A stretch of DNA of 64,000 nucleotides from Octopus vulgaris (taxonomy: Eukaryota): positions 11,780,001 to 11,844,000 of the forward strand of contig OX597822.1 in NCBI GenBank assembly GCA_951406725.2, given 5' to 3'. The position numbers and the translations under genes were made by a program. Below are positions 53,440 to 64,000 of this stretch, one piece after another (positions within the stretch are counted from its first letter, which is position 1; every line of letters starts with the position of its first letter). The notes beneath the pieces are model-generated. The model was not told the DNA's origin. It worked only from the letters and a program-made list of their open reading frames with translations, and did not search any database.

Positions 53440-54690
53440 GTGGTTGAGTGAAAAGTACGCAACGTTTTGAAACATAAAATTCATCAGAATATTTTTCAAC
53501 AATGCGGATATTTTATTCATCAAAGTAAGTAACATTACAATCAACACATTTATGCCAACGAGTTACATTTTTTTTTTATTATTCCGATAGCATAAAAACT
53601 TGGAGTTCTGGAGCTGATGAACTCTTTGAACCCACTGTCATCCTCGGTTTGATTTTCGAACTCCTCCCGCAGGAAACCATCAAGCTACTGGAAACATTGG
53701 TAGTCAGTAAGGATACATGTCTGGGGAATAATTTGATGGCAAAGAATTTCGTAGCCAAGTCAATACCTGGAGTGTCATTAGCGAAACGTGTGGTCGAGCA
53801 TTGTCATAAAAAATGATTGGCCCTTTTCTGCTGAACAGTCTGGGATGGATGAGCAGCAGTTTTTCATTCATTTTAGCAATTTCATATGTTTGTACAGCAA
53901 AGGTTTTTCTGGGTTTTAAGATGTTATGGTAGATGAGTCCAGCAGTACACTACCAAACAGTCACCATAAAATTCTTTCTGAAGAGCTCGGGTTTAGGGAG
54001 GTTTTCGGTTCATTATTTTGGTCCAACCCTTGCGAAGAACGTGTTTTAATATTGTACAGAATCCACTTTTCATTGCAATTTACAATACGGTCGAGAAACA
54101 GATCGATCTATTTACGGAGAAGCGACAAGCAAATTTTGCATCTGCGCATTTCCTGCCGAGCTTGTTTGATTTTTCATTCGCACGCAAATGGTTGAAGACA
54201 GTTTTCTGGCTAATCTGAAGTACCTTTTCCAGTTCTCGAGTGGTTTTACGTGGATCTTTCTCAATGACGGTCTCTAATTGATCGTCATCGGTGACAGATG
54301 GTCGTCCACTACACTCACGAACTTCAAGGCTCAGTACTCCACTGCGAAATTGTTTAAACCATTGTTAGCTCGAAAATAGTTTAAACGATTTCGCAGTGGA
54401 GTACTGAGCCTTGAAGTTCGTGAGTGTAGTGGACGACCATCTATCATCGATGATGATCAATTAGAGACCGTCTTTGAGAAAGATCCACGTAAAACCACTC
54501 GAGAACTAAAAAAGGAACTTCAGATTAGCCAGAAAACTGTCTTCAACCATTCACTGAATAACTACTTACTGGTCATTTCTTCACCAAATGTTTCGTTGAT
54601 ATCACGAGCTGTTTCAGTTGCTTTACGTCCTCTTTGAAGTTGAATAGCAAAACTGCTCGAATATCGTGCTTTGACAGTTCCATTTCAGAT
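53440..54690 (-). mobile_element. Mariner remnant with an internal inverted duplication
   Basis: Minus strand: MELSKHDIRAVLLFNFKRGRKATETARDINE, then DNARPH. 54187-54359 is inverted at 54379-54551. Confidence 0.85.
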
Positions 54691-54704
54691 AATTGTAACA
54701 ACGT

Positions 54705-55850
54705 TTTCTTTATTGCCCACAGGGCGCTAAACATAGAGGGACGGTACAAATGTGAGAGAGGTCAATGGTGCGTATGTTTTTTACACAGAGGGGAAAAGTT
54801 AAAAAATTATAAAGATCGAATGATAAACAAATGATATGCGAAACAAATACACAAACAATGAAGTGGGGGACGGGTTTTGCTTCGAACCCGCAAGCCCCGT
54901 ACCAACATTGTAACTTTTAGTATAGCCTTATGAACACACTATGTCGGTTCATTCATTCGCAACAAACTCACAATAGCCTTCCATCTGTTTCCATATACAT
55001 CAGGTGACAGGAATTTTCTCTCCACCCTTATTTGCCTTTTAAGCTGATAGATGAGGCAATGGACCAATCCAAAATGGAGATGAATGTGTCTGTCACAATT
55101 CCTTTCACGCGGGTCTTCCATACGACATATTTCACTATAGCGACAAAACACTATAGCGACCACAGCGAGAAAACAAGCATTGTCTTCGTTGTTAAAAGCG
55201 GCAGGAGGAACAATCTTTACAACCGACTCGGAAGACAGTTGTACTCTTCTCTGCTGTGACAAAAGATGTTCAACGTAAACCCACATCTCAGAGATTTGGG
55301 GGCATTGCACTATTATGTGCAGAACGGTTTCCATGTCCTAATCGCATCTTGGGTACGTGAGTGGGCAAGGGGCACCATGCCTTGCGAGTTTATCGCAAAC
55401 TGGTAAGGCTCCTCGGTAACACTGCCAGGCCAGGGATTCCTGGAAATTATCCAAGGGTCCTGGCCCGAATGTCCTTCGGAACAGACTGACTAGTTGATCC
55501 ACACCGAAGCCTAGAGTCTCTCCTAAGACGTCGTCACACTGAGCCCCTACCAATCCTCTATAGACAGACGAGGTGGAACATCCGCCGTTGGCGTTGCCCG
55601 TATGACAGAGAAACTTGAGGGGCTTCACGACATTCCATTTGCACCCAACTTTGGTTGACACTTGATTCAAGGTCCTAGGTCACTCAAACTAGTAAGCTCA
55701 GGAAGTAACGACCGAACGAACTGAGATCACACCTGTTCACCATCCAGGTAGAGCCTCAGATACCTTGGTCTGGGCGCATGTCTGTGCATCAACAAGAAAG
55801 GCATACCTAGCCCACCCTTCAGCGGGTGCTAGCAGCTAACAGAGCGCTTT
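54705..55850 (-). mobile_element. 3' fragment of an L1/Tx1-like LINE (zf-RVT-type Cys/His domain plus 3' UTR)
   Basis: LAWQCYRGALPVCDKL..PRC..ETVLHIIVQCP..W. The 3' end is ..GTGGGCAATAAAGAAA. Confidence 0.8.
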
Positions 55851-55989
55851 ACATTATTATTATTGCTATTTTTACAATTATTATTACTATCATTGTTGTT
55901 ACTACTCATTCTACACCTGGCTAACTTAATGTTTTTACTATTAAGTCTAGCTATTATGGTAGCCATACTTGGGAAAGTGGAATATGAAA

Positions 55990-57240
55990 TTCTCACTGAT
56001 TTCCTAGTAATTATTTTATGATATTTATGGGAGGCTGGAAATTTTTTTCCAGTATAGACATAAATTTACTGTACACATTCGTCGAGATCGACCAATTAAA
56101 GGAAATATTTAACCAGATGACATTTTCTCTCTTATGCTTTTTGTTTAAGTAAGAGTGGGGAGGATTAGTGTTATCAGTATTCAAACGAGAATTATTATTC
56201 CTTTTAGTATTATTTTTATGCCTATCGGGTTTACCTAGGTTAGCATTTTCATATTTATTTATGATCTGTTCACTATTTTTATTCCTATAATTAGGTTTAT
56301 ACACTAGGTTCTTTTCCTCTATTGATTTATGTTTATGTAGGGTATGAGAGTCTATATTACTTAAGTCATTTAAATTCACTATATTATTTAGGAGATTTAA
56401 GCTATCACTATCTAGGAAGGTGATTTCCTTAGATAATGCAACATTATAATGATTAGAGTGAGAGTTAAAGATTTCACTATTTGATAATAATTTTAAAATT
56501 CTTTGAGAAATATTTTTAACTAATGATTTTAGTATATTCGAGGGGTGATTGGATGACTTACTTACATATGTGGTAACTTCGCCCTCATTTCTAAATGGGT
56601 AATGTAACTTTGAATTTAAGTCTAAGGTAACATCTAGGAAATTAACTATTTTGGTGTTAGGTTCATACGTAATACCTAGATTAAAATCTTTGAAAAATTT
56701 ACTAATTTTCTTTTTTATCCTCTCAATACTTGAATTATTGTTGCTAGTTACAATAAACAAAGCATCATCCGTATATAGACCACCTTGTAATTCTCCTAAC
56801 GCTGAATCTGTTCATCAAATAGTAGTAATTGGCATTTAGTTGTGAGAACGCTGTCTTCTACATAAATTCCTTATATGGAGCTATAACATTCCCTTTACCC
56901 CATTTCTATAATTAGAACATCTTTATTGTCTCTTTTCAGTTGTTCTTCCCTCTCAGAACCTTACAGTAGTCTGGAACAACTGAATCTTAGTCAGTCAGTT
57001 GATGGGCTCCAGTACCTCAAATGTTCTTAAAATTTAAATCCACATCTTTGTCTTTGTATCTACCTTCTCTAAAATGTTGCCACTGGATATGAAAATTTTT
57101 GTATTAATGGAAAACCTCTATAATTGGCTGATGAGTGCTCAACATTTTAAAACTGTTGTAATATTTACAACATTTAATAAAATGATGTAGTACGAAACGA
57201 TCGTACCAAATTACCGGAGTCATTGTTGCTGCTTATTTTG

Positions 57241-57245
<5 letters not shown>
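55990..57245 (-). mobile_element. Penelope-like element (Naiad-like) RT C-terminal fragment with an inverted pLTR
   Basis: 56760-56011 encodes VNFLDVTLDL..YPFR..YVSKSSNHP..NISQRI..NVIWLN, with LYTDDAL just upstream. The pLTR 57021-57240 is on the opposite strand and homologous to 1262-1480. Confidence 0.88.
57122..57212 (+). ncRNA. Type I hammerhead ribozyme, canonical core, extended stem II
   Basis: TTGG CTGATGA GTGCT..AGTAC GAAAC GATC GTA CCAA. All three stems pair. Predicted cleavage after 57205. Confidence 0.9.
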
Positions 57246-57304
<59 letters not shown>

Positions 57305-57313
57305 GACACACAA

Positions 57314-57356
<43 letters not shown>

Positions 57357-57442
57357 TATACAATTGCAGCGGGGAAGGTGTTTATAAGCCCTTTAAGAAA
57401 CACACAAGACTGTTAGATTCACTTCAACATTTAAGTTTAATC

Positions 57443-57489
57443 TGTCATAATATTTTCGTCGCTTTGAGACCAAGACCTGTTCACTGACA
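57443..57489 (-). ncRNA. Hammerhead-like motif with G3-C8 swapped core
   Basis: Minus strand: TGTCA GTGAACA G GTC..GAC GAAAATATTA TGACA. Confidence 0.65.
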
Positions 57490-57653
57490 AAACATCTTGC
57501 TGCATCTCACGGTGCAATTATTTTCGTTGCTGCACACGATCTCAGATCAAGTCACTCCCTATGCAAGTACATCTCCGTATATATATATATATACGTACAT
57601 ATACATACATACATGCACACATACATACATACATACATACATACATACATACA

Positions 57654-57689
<36 letters not shown>

Positions 57690-59074
57690 TATATAGTCAC
57701 TAATTGTGACTATATGTGTACCGTTGGCAATTTTTTTTCCTCCGTCTTCCCTTCTTTGGATCTTTCCTTTTGCTATGTTTCTGACAAAGCACACAAAGCC
57801 ACATCCGTTTTTGGAGTCGGCTCTGGATCCTCCAAAGCGGATAATGGATATGTAATACTACCAAAAATTGGATTCCCTCGAAAGGATAAAATTCAAAGTC
57901 GGCCTCGGAGGTATATGAACTCAGAACGTAAAGACAGATGAAATGACGCAAAACCCTTTGGCCGTCGTGTTGGCGATTCTGCCAGGAAGTAAAATAAAAA
58001 AAAAGAACTCGTATAATAGATTATCTGAAGCAATTTTCCTATGGACACCAATAGCTTTTTAATACATTGAGTATTAATATATTAAACACCGTGCGTAAAA
58101 ACAACATTTGACTGATTAAAATTACCTTTGCAGTGAAGTGAAAGAAACTCTGGGTGAATGCCATATCCTAATCAAATATGGTCAACGCAATTGGTCGACA
58201 GCTATGAAAATTTTAATTAATCAAAAATTTGAATTACGCATGCAGTGAACAGATGCAAACTTTGGCTCAAGGGCTAGTATTTAGTTAAACTGAAATTTGG
58301 CAAGGATGCTTTTCACAGCAAGCGAAATTCGAATTTTAATTAAATAAATGTTATTTGGATTTGCCTTGACCAAATTTAGTCAATATTAGTCATTAATAGT
58401 CAATATTAGCCGTGATAAATATAACATTTCTATGTCAGATATTTCGGTGTGTTATAATTATGCATTTCTTTTATTAATCTCTCTCTGTGGTTTTTGTGGT
58501 TAATTCATTTAGCATCTACTTGCGTATATTATAGCTATTTTTATTACTGGCACAACTAGAATAGTGTTGTACACATACTAATATTTCAGGTCTAACCTAT
58601 AACAACTATAATATTTTTTGCTAATCTGGTCTTTTGAATAGATGATAACATTGATTTACTAGAATTTGTATTCGGTGAATTCTCTCATCTGCGTTTCTTT
58701 GTCTATTGTGACGTTAGCATTCTTAATTTTTCTCTCCTCAGGTTACTTTTCTAATCATAATTTCATATCAGTTGCTCTAATACATCCGTGAATCCTCTGT
58801 AACATATTTTTCTAATTATTTCACATCTTTAATATACTTATAACGTAAGGCAGCGAAATTGAAATAATCGTCCGAAACTATTCTTTCCGGGTAAAACGCC
58901 TAACGACCTATCACCCGCCTTTGTGTTCTGATTTCAAATGTCGCCGGTGCAGCTTTACTTTTCATCCTTCGGGATGCTCGATAAAATATAACCCAGTTGA
59001 GCACTGGGATCAATGGAATCCACTTAATTCCTTTCTCAAAATTTTTGGCCTTGTACCAAAATTTGAAACCAACA

Positions 59075-59380
59075 TGGAGGCACATGGCCTATTGGTTAGG
59101 GCAGCGGACTCGCGGTCGAGAGATTACGGATTCGAATCTCAGACCGGGGGACGTGTGTGTTTATGAGCGAAACGCCTAAGCTCCACACGGCTCCGGCAGA
59201 AGGTAATGGCGAACTTTTGCTAACTATTTCGCCACAACTTTCTTTCACTCTTTCTCCTGCATCTTGCAGCTCATCTGCGACGGACTAGCGTCCCGTCCAG
59301 GTGGGGAACCTATACGCCAAGGGAACCGAGAAACCGGCTCTTATGAGTCAGGCATGACCCGAGAAGGAACAAACAAAACA
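59075..59380 (+). mobile_element. tRNA-derived SINE, distinct family
   Basis: A box TGGCCTATTGGTTAGG, B box GATTCGAATCTC, 3' AAC-rich tail. Confidence 0.75.
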
Positions 59381-61857
59381 ATACATACAACATGAATCCG
59401 TCTATAAATAACAAAATTGCTGATGGCCCTGCAATTATATTTACATGAGTGACTTTTCTGGTTTACCATGCATTTTAAAGATATCAAATCAAACACAAAG
59501 GACTAGGTACTGGGTGTTCCCTCTAGAGAGTTGGTCCAAGCAGTTTTATTATTCTTTTTGTTATTCGCTTATTGTCTGTTTTACTCATAAGTAATACCTT
59601 TGGTGTATTTGTGTATTAAAAAAATGCAAACGGCTTCCGGAAAGTTAATCCATGCCAAGGTCGGACCATTCTTCTTCCTTCTGCAATTTTTAGCTATATC
59701 TTTATGAGTAATACATCATTACATTCGTAAGCAGTTGGAAAGAAGGCTAGCTGTTTGTAAGTTATAAGGTTATTTTTTTCGTAAGAGTAATGGGTTTAAA
59801 AAATATTTGTCATAAATTAGTCAATCAGTTTTCGTTTCCGACTCTCAGAATCGAATTCAATATTTCCTACATTTTATTGTAAAACATTTCAAGGAAAGCC
59901 GTGAGGTGTTATCATTTCTTGCTTTCGCTTCCAGTGGATAGTTTTGTGTAGCAATAAGATTACATCTTCAGCCGTGAGGACCTTCGACTACTGACGAAGG
60001 GCTACATTGTGAGCCACATCTACTCTGGCAGTTTCCACTCAGTCTACTCGACTCTTCAATTTTTTCTACTTCTCCTGTTACTGTTTCTGCAATGATTTAT
60101 ATGTTTCTAGCTCTTTATTAAAATCATATTCTTTTACAGTCAAACTGCTCTCTTTTGTTCAGTGAAGAGATGTATTTTATTTATGACGATTTCATTACGA
60201 CATACAGAACATCACATGCTGCAAGCATTCATTGTTTATTTATTATTTCTTTTGGTGTGGGGAGTGGTATATTACTCGTTATATTTCAGAAGTATTTGTC
60301 TGCAATGGTCATGATTAAATTTGCGACGATCAGATCTATATATCCTTTTTATTTTGATTGATACTTCACAGAGAAATTCTTTTTCCTTAGTAGGCATTTA
60401 TTACACCAGGCAATAACTAATATTACGTCAATTCTAGTTTTTTTCTTCTTTTTTAAATTATAACCATCTTTCGATTGCTGCCATGTTTATAATTTTTATA
60501 TTCAGAATATTCTATTTTTACATCTTTCATGAATTCCATGATATTTTTGTATGTATTTCTTTGTGTTGTTTTATTTAGACCTTTGTTGGTTAGTATTCTG
60601 CAAATATTTCAATGTCTGGTTTTGTTGTATTTTGTAAAGTGTTTTGTATGGTTTCCATGCTGTTTATTTGTGGTTAACGTTTTTATTCCATTTCTTTGTG
60701 GATGATTCTATCGCCGTTGTTTGTTGTTGTCATGTTATTCTCGCTTTGTTTATGTATTGGTTCATTTAAGTTTTCTATTTGTAAACCTTTTTTGTGTTGT
60801 CCGTTTCCCTTTGACAAACACAATGTTTGTTCAGTAGCTTGCTTTTCAGATCTAAAGTTGCTTGCCGATCAGGGCTTTTTTTCTACTCCAAACATTATAC
60901 AGAACTATTATCCTAGTTGTCTTCCTGTCTCTATCTACCAGTTTATCGTCTATGTCTATGCAACTACTTGTCTTATGTGTTTGTCTATCATTGTTTACTT
61001 CGATCTCTCCCACTCCCCATACCACAAAAATAACTCACACGAAAATGTTATATGTCCACCTCAGTCCTTCCATTTCGTCATTTCAGATTGTTCAGTCATA
61101 AATTTCTTATTGACATCTTCAAGTATTCTGCTCAGAATACATTCATAAAATTCTGGTGTTGATTCAGGGTGTGTTTTTCTAATTCCTTCTATCAAGCTGC
61201 AAACATCCGACTCGAATTTTCCCCTCAATTCAAAGATCTGCACTTACCCTGCCAATAACCAAACGCCAAAGCCACTGCATTTATCCCCCAAAGACAAACT
61301 TCATACATGCCTACTAGTATGTAATTCTCAGTAAAGACTGGTAAAATTCGGCCGAACACTTTTGATTGGTGTATTTTGATTCAATTCAGTTTACTACTTC
61401 AAACGGATATTGCCGTTCTAGTTATGAAAATATTAAATTTATCGAAGCTTTCACTTACACAGATGTTGTTAGACTGTAAAAAAACAACAACAAAAATTTC
61501 GGTTGCATAGAAATGTCAGAGGTCGTGTCAGTGACGCCAAAGACACAGCGTGAAACAGCTGTGCTAAAATATCTCATATACATCATAGGATACAAATTTC
61601 CTTGCCTGCCTGACAGCAAATCACTCAGATTTTAATTTGCTTTAAATTTAACTTCCTCGTTTTCGACCGCTACTATGTTTTCTCATAACTCTCCAGAGTT
61701 AACTGATTACGTTCCACATGAATCTAAGACACAGGACAAACTCTATCTATTTTTCTTCAGTCGGCCATATTGCATTTGCGCATTCTTCTTTCTTGTTAAC
61801 CACTTTTCTTTCGTATTTCGCTTCATAAGGCGTCGCCTTCGAAAAGTTGCTTGACCA

Positions 61858-62541
61858 TCTGTGTGGTTAAGAAGGACTCTTTGCAACATTATAGTTTCAG
61901 ATCCAGTCAAAAAAGGCAGCACTTCGGACAGGTACTTTCTCGTATAGCCTCGGACCGATCACTGCTTTTTGAGTTAATTTGATGCACAACAACTGTGTGA
62001 GCCATTCATGTACAGACATACATACATGAATGAATGGATGCATGCATACATGTATGTATGTATGTATGTGTGTATGTGTGTATGTATTATATGTATGCAT
62101 GTGTGTATGTGTGTATGTATGTATGTATGTATATATGTATGTATGTATGTATGTATGCATGTATGTATGTATAAGTGCGTGTGTATCTTTGCTGTGTCTG
62201 TGCTGCTCTCCTCCTGTCACAACTTGATAAACGGTGCTGGTTTGTTTACATCTCTTGTAAATTAGTGTTTCGAATAAAAAGACCAATCGAATACATACTA
62301 AATTTCCCCAAACAATAGATTATGAGATCGATTTGTTCGATTTAAAGAAATCCCCCCAGCGTCACTCTAATCCTTTGACTAAACAGGCAAGGAGTCAACG
62401 TGGTGCCACTTTCAACAAAGTTAAACAATAACATACATGAATAATTTTGGACTACATCGTCCCGAGTTCAGTGCCATTCTGTGGCACCTTTGGCTGACCA
62501 ACGCCTTTGGGAGGTGGAAACAGAAAGAAGCCCGTTGTTGC

Positions 62542-62585
<44 letters not shown>

Positions 62586-62810
62586 ATGTGTGCGTATGCG
62601 TGTCTTTCTGTGTTTGTCCTCCACTAACGCTTGACAACCGGAGTAAGTATATTTACGTCCCCGTAACGTAGCTGTTCCGTAAAACAGATCGATAGAATAA
62701 TCTTTAAAAGATAAGCACTGGAGTCCATTCATTCGTTCATTCGACTGAAAAAAAATTCTACGATGCGATGCCCCAGTATGGCCGCAGTTTAAAGACTTAA
62801 GCAAGTAAAA
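61858..62810 (+). mobile_element. Two decayed tandem SINE copies (about 61858-62345 and 62455-62810)
   Basis: Decayed head and tail motifs of the 20330-20785 family with internal microsatellites. Confidence 0.65.
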
Positions 62811-63332
62811 AGCATGCGAAAAATAAAAAAGGAAAACTTAGACAACACCATTATAACAATCATTTATTGAAGTTAGTTATGTTTACTGCGAGACGCAGTG
62901 TCATATTTTCAGGTCTATGACGTAATGGTGCGTTGCATGACGTAATTATGTTTCCGGTTAATAAAATATTTCGTAATGACAGAACAAAATAAAAAAAAAA
63001 AGAATTGCGTTTTGTTTTCGTTTTCCAAAAACAACGCTTTTGAAAAAAATGTTTCTTTGTTTATATTATTTATATTTTGCAGAGAACACTGTTATGTAAT
63101 TAATTAGGACTTACTTGGCAAAAATAGCGAAGAAAAAAGCTTTTGAAAGGAAAGGGAAGAATGAGAAACAAAATAACATAATGGAACAGACATTCTCAGA
63201 AGCAAACACACGCACACATACGGACACACACATACATGAAAAAGGGTGAAACTACACGGAATTAACAGCAAGCAAAAAATAAAACTATTGTATATATTTA
63301 TACATATAACATATAATGTATGTGTGTGTATG

Positions 63333-63386
<54 letters not shown>

Positions 63387-63389
<3 letters not shown>

Positions 63390-63630
63390 GTTCAAACACA
63401 AAAGAGATACCCGAAGAATAGGATATCTGACTCGCTAGAAAGAGCAGTTAAAACTCCAAGCCACCAATTGTTGTAATTCCGAAAGTGATTGGAAAATAAA
63501 AACTTTTACCTTAATACCTTATTTTTCAATCACTTTTGGAATTACAACAATTGGTGGATTGAAGTTTTAACTGCTCTTTCTAGCGAGTCAGATATCCTAT
63601 TCTTCGGGTATCTCTTTTGTTTGAACGTAC
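63387..63630. repeat. Fold-back with ~110-bp inverted arms abutting (TA)n
   Basis: 63387-63499 is the reverse complement of 63519-63630 with few mismatches. Confidence 0.9.
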
Positions 63631-64000
63631 ACTGTATTCTTCTTTGAATAATATATAGTCTTTTGACTAATTTTTTCTTTCTCGCTAGAGTACTGGTGAC
63701 TAAGAACTTTTCTATAAATATTCTTGCTACCCTAAGATTTTAATTAATGATATATATAGGATATAGAAACTATGTGTGTGTCTTTGCAAACTTTTCAAAC
63801 TATTGTCTAGTTTAAAAAGCCTCATTAGATGCCATGATGGTTCTAAGGAGTAGGTACACGTGATGGTCAGATTCTGCTTAAGGAGTAGACAACCACCATA
63901 TATATACACGTCTATCTATCTTGCTTTCGAACATTGCACATCAAAGCACACCAGTTTCTGATAGCACCAGAAGCACTCCCTCCCCGCCCGCTCCCGCTGC

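Noticed and set aside
59985-60020. CTGACGA AG GGCT..AGCC half-hammerhead
   Set aside because: No GAAA, stem III or cleavage site follows.
60100-61250. T-rich stretch with a 150-aa plus-strand ORF; possible PLE N-terminal remnant on the minus strand
   Set aside because: No diagnostic motif could be read with confidence, and the ORF looks like antisense low-complexity sequence.

Overview
This is AT-rich, repeat-dominated animal DNA. The SINE families and the extreme (TA)n/(CA)n/(ATCT)n load suggest an octopus-like cephalopod, which is an inference. I can support no intact host protein-coding gene, and most six-frame ORFs are microsatellite translations. Recognisable content: at least nine decayed Tc1/mariner transposons, tRNA-derived SINEs, R4/Dong, HERO-like, L1/Tx1 and RTE LINE fragments, a non-autonomous Helitron, and many Penelope-like element (PLE) remnants. 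The most striking signal is roughly 15 type I hammerhead-ribozyme (HHR) motifs from several unrelated families, most in (TA)n-abutting fold-back or direct-repeat elements. They include a canonical HHR at 57122-57212, a 546-nt retrozyme-like unit with perfect 73-bp direct repeats at 29414-30032, and apparent natural catalytic-core variants (G3-C8, U3-A8, U4C). All folds were paired by eye and none is tested.
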